A DNA stretch of 64,000 nucleotides, from positions 4,216,001 through 4,280,000 of the forward strand of contig NW_026974140.1 in NCBI RefSeq assembly GCF_037042905.1, given 5' to 3'. Within the stretch, counting starts at the first letter, position 1, and the number at the start of each line of letters is the position of its first letter. The translations under genes were made by a program, and so were the position numbers. This document shows positions 1 through 11,991 of this stretch, one piece after another. This stretch comes from Lytechinus pictus (taxonomy: Eukaryota). The notes beneath the pieces were generated by a model, which searched no databases, was not told the DNA's origin, and was given only the letters and a program-made list of their open reading frames with translations.

Positions 1-266
1 CAAGTCCATCTGGAAGGATGTAAGAAGAGTTGGTTCCTTATCATAGGGTGTAACTAGTAGAAGCAACGAATTATCTCTTATACAAAATAAGATTAAAAAT
101 ATTTTTCCTCTTTCCTGTACAAGATGTTTTGAAATAAAACTCTAAAAAACCTCAATCATATACTAGTAAAGACCATTCCTTGTCTCTCATTTGAATTGTG
201 GTAACACACAGGTTCCACTGAACATGCTTACTTTGAAGAACAATCCAGCTGGGTTTTGAGGGAAGA

Positions 267-351
267 CTAGTGCCACTCAAATGCCACGTGGCAAATCAAC
301 AGGTAGATCATTGCAACAAAGGTGGTGCAAAGCATCATGGGAAATCCAACC
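267..351 (-). CDS. OCA2: OCA2 last coding exon (VGFPMMLCTTFVAMIYLLICHVAFEWH*)
   Basis: TAG acceptor (AG at 352-353), phase 2, TAG stop at 267-269; final TM helix. Confidence 0.92.
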
Positions 352-1531
352 CTAGTGAAGGAAGAAATGGGGCAAAATGTTGTTTCAAATTCATCATAGG
401 ATATCTTTGTATGTCTTAATTGCATTGAAATTTTAGAAATAAACACAACTAAAAGATGAATTAAAATATAATTACAATCAATATATAATTCCAAAAGTAT
501 AATAAAAATCAAATATGTAGGTGTATTTTGTATATACACTTTTTAGCATTTCCAGAAATTATCATGGTTTAGAGACACATACTTTGGAATGGGAAAGCTA
601 TAATGTGACACTGTGATTTAAGTGTATGTTTCTAAAAATTGTGCGGATGGACTGGCATAATCAGCATATCCTGAAAATGGCCAGACGGAATATTTTGAAC
701 TTGAGGTATTAAGTTTTTCACCTTCTTTAAATCTGCAACATTCATAGGATTTTTAGACCTAAATAAATCACCCACTTTATATTTTATGATAAGTTTTTAT
801 TACATTTGATAAAATTGCGATATTGATTCTAATAAAACGATTGGCCAAAGTCATATGACAAGTCATTCACAACAGGTAAATACAATGTATGCTCATGACT
901 GGTACTAATGAATAATTGTTCTGACCAGGCATGGCTTTAAGATTGGGATGGTTCATCAAATAAAAAGAACCCACATCATTATCATATCAAACATGTAATA
1001 CAAATCATTTTTTTGGTAATTAGAATATTTACCCAAACCTGGTACATTCAGAACAGTCCAAAATGTGTTAGAGCTGGTCCAAATGTAATTATTACTAAAA
1101 ACCTTGGTGATGTGTAATATTATTTTGTAGGCCTATACTTTATTTCAATCTTGCTTTTCACTTCATCTTCATAAACTGCAATATCCAAGAAATGAACAGT
1201 TTATTTAATCAGGAAGATTGACAGCAAATCCAATGCTATATAATCTTCAAAATAATCAATATTCTGAAATGATATGATTCGATGGATATGCATACCCTTC
1301 CCAATTTTTTTCAATCTATGTACAGCTCCATTGCTGTGATCTGTAACTATGGTAATTTGGTTGAATGGTTCACCAATATGTAGTTTATGTAAAGTCGAAT
1401 TGATGGAAAGATTGACCTCCAGGTTATAGTTATCTTTTTCAGCATCCATGTAACTTTCCTTATCCTGTTGCCTGTATCTATTCTTGTTTGTTGATTATAC
1501 CAAATAAAATAATAATAATGATATTTCTCAC

Positions 1532-1719
1532 TTGAAGAAGTCAAAGAAAGTAAAGCCATATCCATGTTGATCAGCTATGCCAGCACACACCACGTTGGCT
1601 GAGGCACCAATGAGTGTTCCATTGCCTCCAAGACACGCCCCAAAGGCCAACGCCCAAACCAATGGCTGCAGAGGGAGCTCTAACTCCTCACGCTCAGCAA
1701 GATCTAGTACAATAGGGAT
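1532..1719 (-). CDS. OCA2: OCA2 exon (IPIVLDL...[23 protein letters not shown]...FFK)
   Basis: CAG acceptor, GTGAG donor, signature [12 protein letters not shown]. Confidence 0.95.
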
Positions 1720-2056
1720 CTGATGTACATACAAAATTTGGTATAGAGCGTTTATTCATAACATGTGCTAAGTAAATCATAAACATATTTTGTTTGAGAG
1801 TGCATGAAAAGGGATTTGTACTGATGATCCTATGTATGAAGGCTGACAATGATTTTGAGATGACAATAATTTAGCAAGGAGAATGCATATGATTATTTGA
1901 TAAAATAAACAAAATAAAATTATTTTGTTTGAAGTATCAATATAATAAAATATGCCAGGTACCTTCAAACAGTCTAAACAACTGTTCCAAAGGGACACAT
2001 AATACTGCGGGAAATTCTTGGCAATAACCTCATTGATTTAATTCCCCCTTTTAATG

Positions 2057-3367
2057 CTTGAGCATGATGGTGTTCGTGGGGCAGCCTTAAGTTGGTTAAA
2101 AAAATTACTTAAAGAATAGATGTCAGTATGTAATGATTAATGGAGTTAAATCACAATCTAAGGAGGTTAAATGTGGTGTACCCCAAGGCTCGGTTCTGGG
2201 TCCATTATTGTTCTTGATTTATATTAATGACATTATAAATTCATCAAAATTGTTTACTTATTCACTATTCGCAGATGATACTTGCTTACTTTCCCATCAC
2301 AAAGATATGCATACTCTTATATTTTCAACTAACAATGAAATTAAAAATATATTTAAATGGTTTTGCTGTAACAAGCTTTTATTAAATGCTAGTTAAACTC
2401 AATATGTTGTCTTTAGAACAAGGGGTAAAAGAGTCCCTGAAGATACTAATCCATTATCAATCGGTGGCCATCAGATTAATCAAAGTCAAGATGTAAGGTT
2501 TCTGGGAGTTGTAGTTGATGATCATTTATCATGGAAAAATAACCTCAGTTATGTTTGTACTATTGTATCAAGGAGTGTTGGTGTCATTTATAAGTTACGT
2601 TTTTCTCTACCTCAGCAGACCTTAGTAACTCTTTACAATGCTATTATTATGCCACACTTAAATTATTGTAAAGTTGCATGGGGAAACACATATAGAAACC
2701 ATTTAAACAAATTGCTAATTCTTCAGAAGAAAATTATGAGGCTCATAACATATTCGAATTTCAGATGTCCAAGTATTCCTTTATTTCTACAATTGAAGAT
2801 TTTGCCTCTTGATGATTTAGTCTCCTTCAATTGTTTGATATTTATGTACAAATCACAATCCTCTCAAAACTGTTCATTTTTAAAAGATGCATTTGTTGTT
2901 AACTCGAATGTCCATTTGTACAATACACGGCAGAAAAATCTTATCCACCAACCACTTGCAAGAACAAATACTGCTTTGAATTCTTTTGTGATAGTTTGTA
3001 TCAAAGAATGGAATAAGTTACCACAAAGCTTTAGATCCAGTCCAACACTGCCCATATTTAAAATTTCACGTTGAAAATATTTATTTGAAAGATTACAAAG
3101 TGCCTCTTATTGATTGAATCTTGACAAACCATATGTGTGCGTGAGGGTGTGGGTGTGTGTGTGTGTGTATTTTTCTTATTTACTCTCTAGATTATCATTG
3201 TATATATTTTCCATCTCATTCTTGCTGTACTGTACTGTATAAGGGGCCCCTCTCACAAGTTCTGCTTCTATGTGGTCCCAAACCTATCATGTATTCTCAT
3301 TTCTTGTTATACTATGTAATATGTCTCTTGTTTTGATTGGTTTAAATAAACTTGAACTTGAACTTGA
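2057..3367 (+). mobile_element. 5'-truncated, decayed LINE (L2/Crack-like RT), antisense in an OCA2 intron
   Basis: GVPQGSVLGPLLFLIYIND and LFADDT in ORF 2133-2396, premature TAA, C-terminal ORF 2649-3074, 3' AATAAA(CTTGAA)n tail. Confidence 0.9.
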
Positions 3368-3638
3368 AAATCTCTCTCATGATCTGGTCTCCTCCTCTCT
3401 CTCTCTTTCCATCATTGCCTTTTTGTTGAACTATTTGATCGTTCCATTCCATCTCTTTATTTGCCCCTGTCTTTATCTTTCTAAATCTAATCTATTATTC
3501 TGACTTTCTTTCTATCACACTCTCTTTCTCTCTCCTTTGCTTCCTTCCTTTCTTACTCCAAGAATAGAAGCTAGCATTTATACTACTTGCTATTCCTTCT
3601 TTTGCTGATGCTTGAGTTGAGCTGACATATCCACTTAC

Positions 3639-3743
3639 CATTGCTGTTGTAAATGGTATGTTATCAATGAAAGATGACGCTAGGGCTGATACCCAGAGTA
3701 TGAGAATAAGAGCTACAGCTAATCTGGCATTAGGAGGAACATC
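3639..3743 (-). CDS. OCA2: OCA2 exon ([35 protein letters not shown])
   Basis: TAG/GTAAG boundaries, 105 nt, phase 0-0, DNIPF motif. Confidence 0.95.
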
Positions 3744-4060
3744 CTAGATTTGAAAGAAGAAAAGAGGAAAAGAGAAGATATTGTCACTTAAGAGTTGTCA
3801 ACTGCGTAATATACATTCAAACATCCCAAAACATTCATCACCTCAAGCAAACTGTAAAAATAGATACTAATAGGCATATTATTATCAGTATGACATAGGA
3901 ATAATAGCACGAGATCCTACTGTTGACAAACATACCAGATATAGTAACAATGGAATCCCTTCTTGTGGAGTTTGCCATAAATGCAGCAGACATTTAAAAA
4001 AGAAAATAATACTAACAAAGACGCAAATGAGCTTGAATATTTGAAAAGCAGGATACCTAC

Positions 4061-4120
4061 CTCAATAATACCAGCCACAAAGTTTCCAATATACTCAATT
4101 AGGCCAAGTTCTGTTAAACC
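4061..4120 (-). CDS. OCA2: OCA2 exon (GLTELGLIEYIGNFVAGIIE)
   Basis: CAG/GTAGG boundaries, 60 nt, phase 0-0. Confidence 0.92.
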
Positions 4121-5373
4121 CTGTAAATATTATCAAAATAAAACATAACGATGAACTCATCCCAATAATGACCAGTATCCATCAGAACTTAGAGAGCTGC
4201 AAAACAAAGACCTATATCTTCTCATGCACAACTTTGTCATATCGTTCAGTGCAAGCCTTGCGTGTGACTTGCGGGTGGCTATCTTTGCTACCCGCAGGTC
4301 ACGTGCATTGAGAGTATCTCGCATGCATCTCACACGCAGTTGCCCTCAGAAACGCACACAAGTCTAATTTGCAAGCAGAAAAGTTTTGCACAAAAATTTG
4401 TTGCGGGAGAGTTTTGAGCATGTTCGAAAGGCATGCACAGAATGATGTGACAGGGCCTTAACCAAGCGATTAGAAATGCAGGAAGCAAGATGGCCATTCC
4501 CACAAGATGCATGGCACGTGTAGCATATGGTGCGCGAGCTTTCTCTGCCTCAGCACCTTCTCTCTGGAATAATTTGCCGTTGAATTTAAGAATTTTACCA
4601 TCACTGGAGACCTTCAAATCTAAACTTAAGTCTTATCTTTTCTAACAGTAGTAGTTATTGGCACTTTGACACTCATCCAAACTTTCTCATTCTTTCTTTT
4701 CTTGTGCACCTCGGAATAGAATATTTCTAGATAGATGGCGCTATATAAATGCCTATTATTATTATAGTAAGCTTAACATATGCAAATCATCTTCTTCTCT
4801 GGGCTCCATAAAACAAAGATACTGTCTTGCAATCAATCACAAATTGCAACAATCCATATAGTATGTGCATATAGTTCAAGATATTCCCTATCAACTAATC
4901 AGAATCATGTACAATTTGCAATTAATTTCAAATATGAGAATTATGGTGCGGGTTGCCAAATAACACCGAGATTAGTAATTGATCATAAGAATAGAATTAA
5001 CTGCACTGACCACAATGCACGATCAATCGTAAAATGGTCTAATCGGTCACTAAGCTCTGCCTTACACGACTCTGATACCCCTTTCCAAAGTTCAATTCCC
5101 CCTCTTTAAAAAATAATTTTCACTTCCCTTCTCTCCTCGACAATCCTTTTCATATCTTTCCCATTCTTTTAATTACATAGTGTGTTGGCGCCAACCCGAA
5201 TTTGAAAAAAATGCTACCAAATAAGGGGAAAAAAAGAGAGTCTCATAACCCATTCCAACCAATGCCTTTACACGATCAGAGCATGCACATTTATTTACTC
5301 TTGGGTATCATCAATTCAGTTCTTGACAGTATAATGGTATAATCGTCTTGAAAGGTTTAGTTCTAAGACCCAC

Positions 5374-5501
5374 CTCCATGAGAACAAAGAGAGCTGCAAA
5401 AAAGAGTAATGTAGCCCATTCCACACGATGCATGACATTCTCAATATCATGCACATCTGCTAACAGAAGAAGTGCTACAGCTCCAATGATAGCAATCCAA
5501 C
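5374..5501 (-). CDS. OCA2: OCA2 exon ([15 protein letters not shown]...[18 protein letters not shown])
   Basis: TAG/GTGGG boundaries, [13 protein letters not shown] motif. Confidence 0.95.
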
Positions 5502-5815
5502 CTAGATTTTAAAAAATAGTGTTTTATTTTCATCAAAGAAGAGTTGCTTCACTTTAGAATAATACATGCATTTATAGTGATGATCGTGATCACAATGGTA
5601 TCAGAAATAACAGTATTGATATGAATTAATATTAAATTTCTAATTTCAACCTTCTCATTTCATTACAAAGAATTAAACTAAAGGAATTATGTTTATTGAT
5701 GCTTCATATTTGAGTATGGTAGAAAGGTTTAAACAGGACACCGGTTAAAATTTCTTTGTGAATTTTGAGACAAAACAGTTTGAACATTAACATATATTAG
5801 GGTAATCAAACTTAC

Positions 5816-5924
5816 CTAGATCTAGGTAAATAGTATCGACTGCCGAGTGGATGAAGAATAAGAGTATTGTGACTATTAATATGAAGCTGCATTTGGCCAA
5901 CAAAACACTATCTGTAATGCGGTA
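5816..5924 (-). CDS. OCA2: OCA2 exon (YRITDSVLLAKCSFILIVTILLFFIHSAVDTIYLDL)
   Basis: CAG/GTAAG boundaries, phase 0-1. Confidence 0.92.
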
Positions 5925-6440
5925 CTGCAGATACAAAAATTTAAAGAAGATGTACAATACGGTTAATTGCACACATCAATGGTATTAGCACTACATGTAT
6001 ATGGCAGTTTGCATTCAACTGAAAGGGGAAAATATAAAGATACAATAATGCAGAAAACGGGTGTGTGGATAGTAAAAACTGAAAGTGTTTATTTATCATT
6101 TTTTGAACTGTGCCCAAGGAAACAAGTTTACGGTCATCAGTAAAAAAACCCATCACAAATCACTTCATGAAATGCTACCCAAGGAAAACCTCGTCAACTT
6201 GAGATATTTCAATAGCTTAAACTGGTTGTGGGCCTTTCTGAGCACAAAGCTAAAAACTAGTCTAAGGCAGAACAGAGAATGTAATAATCACTAGCAGAAC
6301 AAAGGACACATATCTCCCAATTTTTACATGTCAAGTAAAATAAGAATAATAATGGTGTTGTTTTCTAAAGCACATACTCCACCTAGTAATAGTTCTTTTG
6401 TATAAAGGAAAAGTTAATCAAGAGGATCAAAACGTATTAA

Positions 6441-6589
6441 GTGAAACCTGTCTATAATAATCATCAAAAAAGTGACTGCTATAGACAGGTTCCATACAAA
6501 TAATATGCATCCATTGGAATCAGTTTTAGTTGACACTATAAGCAGGTGATTGCTACAGAGAGGTGGTCGTTAAAACAGGTTTGACAGTA
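6441..6589. mobile_element. Small decayed MITE with pogo/Tigger-like ends
   Basis: AGTGAAACCTGT ... ACAGGTTTGACAGTA imperfect inverted ends with internal ACAGGT repeats. Confidence 0.5.
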
Positions 6590-6801
6590 CGCTGTATGTC
6601 TGAAGATGACTTTAGGGAATGCTCCACGTGGAGTGGAAAAAGTGCATGGTAAAGTATGAAATACTCTGACTAAAAATCAGGAGATTTTATAGGTAATTTA
6701 TTATGAGCACTTAGGTAGGTTGAAACTGATGATCACTTCGAAGGGAATAATCATTTTCCATTACCATGATCGGCGTGTATTAAATTTGACATGATATTTA
6801 C

Positions 6802-6859
6802 CCTTTGTTCTAATTCCATCAGCTTTTCCTTCCAGTTGAGATCTTCATTGGCTATATGT
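6802..6859 (-). CDS. OCA2: OCA2 exon (HIANEDLNWKEKLMELEQR)
   Basis: CAG/GTAAA boundaries, phase 2-0, fits both neighbours. Confidence 0.88.
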
Positions 6860-7085
6860 CTGTAAAGTGATATAAAAGAAGTAAAAGGCATAAATCAACT
6901 TAGTTCAAATGGAAAAATGACCACATAACATTACAAATATCAGGGTTTTTTTTGTTAGGGATTCTGAAAATTAGAACAATAATTAACTCCATCATTACCA
7001 TACTCATTATTGACATTATTTCAATCATTGTAAATATATTCAATATCATCATGACAATCACCATCATCATCATCATCATCATCTC

Positions 7086-7720
7086 ACTGATCTGCAAGAA
7101 AGCTACCCAACAGCTAGGCTTTGTCAGGCGTAATACAAGGTTTCTGCCCCAGTCATTCAGAGAGGCAGCATACAAGTCCCTTATACGCCCTCACTTAGAG
7201 TACTGCTGCAGTGTTTGGGATCCTCACTCTATCATGGATACACAGAATTTGGAAAGAATCCAAAGGCAAGCGGCTCGCTATGTTTTAGCTGATTACAGTA
7301 GAACCAGCAGCGTAACCAGCATGCTCACCAAGCTGAAGTGGCCTAGTCTGTCTTCTCGACGCACTGTAAGCAGACTCAGCATGGTGTATAGGATTGTGAA
7401 CGACCTTGCTGCAATACCCCAAGACAAATTCTTTTCCTTAAGCACCACTGTCACTAGGAAAAATCACAACAAGTGTTTTCAGACATATCGTCCAAGAGGC
7501 AATATTGACAAATTTGCCTTTGCCCAACGATCTGTACCTGAATGGAATAAACTCCCTCTTCAAATAGTTAATGCAGTTTTGCTTGACAGCTTCCAAAAGT
7601 TTCTGCAAAATCACCTTGAAAATATCCCTCACTCCTCCTCATAACGTGCGTCCAAGTTTAATTTCATCTTCGAGGTAGGCTGCAGAGCCCTTTGAAGATT
7701 ACAGCAGATGATGATGATGA
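7086..7720 (+). mobile_element. 3' fragment of a CR1/L2-group LINE inserted in an ATC microsatellite
   Basis: KATQQLGFVRRN...AYKSLIRPHLEYCCSVWDPH...EWNKLP is the LINE ORF2 C-terminus; (GAT)n tail. Confidence 0.85.
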
Positions 7721-7724
7721 GGAC

Positions 7725-7816
7725 TATCATCATCATCATAATCACCATCATCACCACCACCACCACAACCACCACCACCATCATCATCATCACCACCACC
7801 ACCACCACCATCATCA
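7725..7816 (+). repeat. (ATC/ACC)n microsatellite
   Basis: Direct reading. Confidence 0.9.
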
Positions 7817-7956
7817 GTGTAAAATGTCGAATAAATATGACGAGCAATAATCATAAATATAGTTATACATTATTAAATCATGAGTATTCTACATAATAAA
7901 ATATTGAAGAAAATAATGCCAGTACAGTCCCATTAATCAATATGATCCTGTCTCAC

Positions 7957-8101
7957 CTTTGTTCATAAATTTGGTTTCTGAGTTGTGTCTCAAGTTGGGA
8001 GACTTTCTGGAGAAGTAAAGCTTTTACAGTATTCTCCTCCTTTGAAGCTACCATTATCCGGACTGCTGCTTGGCGCCATACCTCAATCTCATGTTTTAAT
8101 T
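7957..8101 (-). CDS. OCA2: OCA2 exon (LKHEIEVWRQAAVRIMVASKEE...QIYEQ)
   Basis: CAG/GTGAG boundaries, ELKHEIxVWR motif, phase 1-2. Confidence 0.93.
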
Positions 8102-8124
8102 CTGTGGCGGAAAGAAAGGAAATC

Positions 8125-8430
8125 GGATGACAATGACGATCATGATTGTGACAGTGAGGATGATCATATCATCATAACACTGATGATGGTGATTGTGATG
8201 TTGACGTCAGTGATAGTATGATGATGGTGACAGTGAAAGTGATAAGCATCATGATTTTGATGATGGTAATGGAAACGATGATGATGAAGATGATGATAAA
8301 GATAACCGTGATGAAATTGTTGACACTTGTGATAATGATGGTGATGATGGTACTGACAAAACGTAATGTTATTGATGATGATAATAGTGATGGCAGTCAT
8401 GATGAAGATTGTAATGATGATGATCATCAT
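8125..8430 (+). repeat. Degenerate (GAT)n microsatellite
   Basis: Direct reading. Confidence 0.9.
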
Positions 8431-8793
8431 TATGCATATACATGTACATGCCATTCTTATTTTCATCATTTAAGTTTATTTACAGACTTCGACAGAATTT
8501 GACAATCAATACACATAATTTATAACAAAAAAATAAAACTTAATAATAAAACTATGGTCTCATTAAATGATGAATAAGGTGATATTAGTTTTATCTCAAG
8601 ATATACAGAAGAAAAATAGAGGTAATAAGGAGTAACTAACCTAAACTGATTTTTAGAAGATTACGAAAAATAGATATGGGGGGCATTTTATGATGCAATT
8701 TGAGGGTGATTTGCTCTCGGCGATCAGGGTGAAAAAGCTTGATTTGTCAGTGAAAATCATCTTTATAATGCTTCATGGCATGCTCATAATTAC

Positions 8794-8926
8794 CTCTTAT
8801 AGCAGGTGGTTCCAGGGAATGCAGATTGATGCGTCTATACAGTAGTCTCAGGGCTCCGTACCCTACAATCATACAGAATACTATTCCCAAGCTCAGATGA
8901 AGTGTAAATACTGAAAACCCTATACC
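8794..8926 (-). CDS. OCA2: OCA2 exon (GIGFSVFTLHLSLGIVFCMIVGYGALRLLYRR...EPPAIR)
   Basis: CAG/GTAAT boundaries, phase 0-1. Confidence 0.92.
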
Positions 8927-9099
8927 CTGCAGAGGTAGTGCACAGAAAAACCAATGGAATAAAAATTATCTTTTCATATCCTTGCTTTATGGTTGATCAA
9001 AAATAACTCATGTAATAAAGAAATGTTTCCCTATCATTAAACCAGGAAGAAAAATGATGAAGTGGTTCCAAATCTCATCTCTTGAATGAGAGGGTTCAG

Positions 9100-9282
9100 G
9101 GGGCTGGTTTATTAAGCTGATCGTAAGTAAAGAGCCACTTTAAGAACGACTGGTGATCCTTTCTTGTGGTAAATGATATTGACCATTAAATGTCCATTGG
9201 TGATTATTTAGAGCGTAAGAAAGGTTTACCAATCGTTCTTAAAGTTGCTCTAAACTTACGAACAGCTTTATGAAACACCCAC
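9100..9282. mobile_element. Palindromic MITE with 3-bp CAG TSD (PIF/Harbinger-like)
   Basis: Inverted arms AAGCTGATCGTAAGT / ACTTACGAACAGCTT; CAG at 9097-9099 and 9283-9285. Confidence 0.7.
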
Positions 9283-9358
9283 CAGGGTTAAAATCCTACT
9301 CCAGGCATTAATTTCCTTCAGCAAGAAATTCATCCATATTATGCTGCACTCAAGCCAG

Positions 9359-9503
9359 GGGCCTGTTGCAGAAAGAGTTGCGTTTAAATGCAAGTCAAAA
9401 TATCAAGCGCAAGTCCCGAATACGGGTGCCTCATTGGCTGAAAATCAAGTTGCGCAAGATTTTTTGAGTTGCGTTTGATTGCAACTCTTTCTGCAACAGG
9501 CCC
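9359..9503. mobile_element. MITE with TIR GGGCCTGTTGCAGAAAGAGTTGC and CAG TSD (Harbinger-like)
   Basis: Perfect 23-bp TIR; CAG at 9356-9358 and 9504-9506. Confidence 0.8.
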
Positions 9504-9545
9504 CAGGAGAGGTAAATGGGGAGTCGGCAAGAATGTATTCCTTAA

Positions 9546-10278
9546 CCCTATCTAGGCCGGGAGGAGGGGGGGGGGGGGGCTCCGAGGCCCCCCACAACGA
9601 TTTGCACAATATCTTCGCCGTGCGAAATTTTTGACCGCGCCTCTCGCTGACTTTTTACTTTCGAGTCTTGCGCAACTTTTGAGACCAATTTTGCGTCACC
9701 CGGGTACGTGGTTCCAAAATTACGCAACATTATATAGGTGCATAAAAAAAATTGCTCTAAAACATGATTTTGTGTACAAAGTCAAGCAAATTGTGTTTTC
9801 AACCAAAAATCATAAATGTATGATTATTTTTAGTTTTGCTGGTCTAAATGTATTTATTTTATGCTTTTTATAATCTCAGAAGAGTCCCCGACAAATTTCA
9901 TTGAAAAAACAATGAAAAACAAAAGGTCAGAAAAACAAAGAAATACATAAGAAATTGCAAAAAACATTATAATACATAAGAAAATGATTTGATATAGCAA
10001 AATTGCTAAGAACACCACAAAGAGTTTTTTATACCAAAAATTAGAACATTTGAAGCTCTATTTAGGGAGTTACAGGAAAAAGTATGATTTTGCATACTAA
10101 TTACGCATAAATTAGCATAATCACTTAATAGCAATTCGCATGAAATAAGTTACTTTACAATTTTGTAGATTATGTCCCAGACAACCGATTCTCCGCGCGA
10201 TCGACGGCCGAGATCTCAAGGGGGGCCTGGGAGGCCCCCCGCCATATGAACTCCCAAAATACCCCGGCCTAGATAGGG
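9546..10278. mobile_element. piggyBac-type non-autonomous element A
   Basis: TTAA|CCCTATCTAGGCCGGG ... CCCGGCCTAGATAGGG|TTAA. Confidence 0.85.
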
Positions 10279-10282
10279 TTAA

Positions 10283-11043
10283 CCCTAACTAGGCCGGGCT
10301 TTTTTGGCTGTTCTGTGGCCGGGGGGGGGGGGGGGGGGGGGGGTTGATTCAACCCCCCCTGAGATCTCGGCCACCGATCGCGCGAGCGCCACAAAAATTT
10401 GCACGCTGGTAGTGTGCGACGTAATCTACAAGGCAGTATGGTAAAATTTTCCAAAATAATGAGATTTTATTTTATATGAATTAATTATGCTAATTTATGC
10501 ATAAATCATACTTTTTGCTCTAATTCACTAAATAAAGCTCCTAGAATGTAGCATTCTTTGTAGCATTCTTAACAATGGCAATTGAAAAAAAACTTCGGTT
10601 TGGAAATCTATTTCTTATGTATTTTATTGTTTTATGAATTTCTTATGTACATGTATTTCTCTGTTTTTCTTTGTTTTTTTCACCAGATTTATTGCACAAT
10701 CTTTTTGAAGCATAATTATGCTAAAATCAATTGCTTTCAGCTGTTTAAAGTAAAAATAATCATATCTTTATGAATAAGATGAGAAAACTCAATTTGCATT
10801 GACTTTGTACACAAAATCACGTTTTGGAACAATTTTTGGTCTGACATGCACTTACAAATGTTGCGTAATTTTGGAACCGCGTACCCGGGCGTCGTAACTT
10901 TGGTCTCAAAAGATGCGCGAGACTTATAAGTATAAATTCTGCGAGTGGCGCGGTCAAAAAATTTCACGCGGCGGAATGATCGCAGAAAATGTTGAGGGGG
11001 GGGGTTGATTCAACCCCCCCCCCCCCCCCCGGCCATTTTAGGG
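10283..11043. mobile_element. piggyBac-type non-autonomous element B, related to A and in opposite orientation
   Basis: TTAA|CCCTAACTAGGCCGGG ... GGCCATTTTAGGG|TTAA; internal motif CCCGGGTACG-GGTTCCAAAATTACGCAAC is reverse-complemented relative to A. Confidence 0.85.
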
Positions 11044-11991
11044 TTAAAAAGCAGAGTACAAATATAACAGCTGCATTACTAAACCCAGGGTAATTATGCT
11101 GTATTTATTGTATAGCACACAGAGAGATAAGAAGTATTAAACAAAGTATAATTTCAAGGTTTTTTTTTGTTCGAGGGCTACTTTTCACAACCTACATGTA
11201 CTGCCTAAGTTAATCCGGGAATTTTTCCGGGGCTCTTTTTGAATTTCCAGGGCTCTTTTCACCCCGAGCCCCATGTATTCCCCCCCCCCATCACTTTAAT
11301 ATGAACCTACATGAACAGAGACTCAATCGTCCAAATTCATGAAAGAAGTTTAAACTAGGAGAGGGTATAAAACCCCATCCTAATTTGAATGAACACTCAA
11401 GACGGGGGGCAGGTAAGCACACTTTGGCCAAGTGTGCACCTCCAGCATTCATATGGGTATTATTCAGTGTGCATGCGGACATGCTTACAAAAACACAGGT
11501 TAGGGTTTAAACCAGGAGGGTAATAACATGGAATTGTGAGAATAATTCCCTTGTTTAAAGCACTTTTTGGAATTAAGACCATTATATCTTTTCAGCCTTG
11601 GAACATTGTAACAAGTGAAAAATAAACTTGTTCATATTGCCCATTTGGTTGAATATACAAATAACAACATGTCTGCAATTTACGCCCTACACTCAATTTG
11701 GGCCTAAAATATCTATACTCACAACATTTCCTTTAATTAGTTTAAAATTAGGAATAAGAAGTGAATTAGTTTCATCAAATGTGTAGGAGTAAATGATGCC
11801 TCATTGATTTTATGCAATGAGGCATAATATTACTTCCTCACTGATATCATTGTATTGTTTCATGCACAATCTAAGATCACTAATGGAAATGTACATGCAT
11901 AGCTTATGCTATATAGTAGCATTGCGTGTAGGTACATGTTCTTTTTCCAGATGATGTTGGCAGTTTATCTTAACTATATAATAAAATTAAA

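Noticed and set aside
7629-8502. Poly-Met/Ile/His/Thr ORFs
   Set aside because: Translations of ATC/GAT microsatellites.
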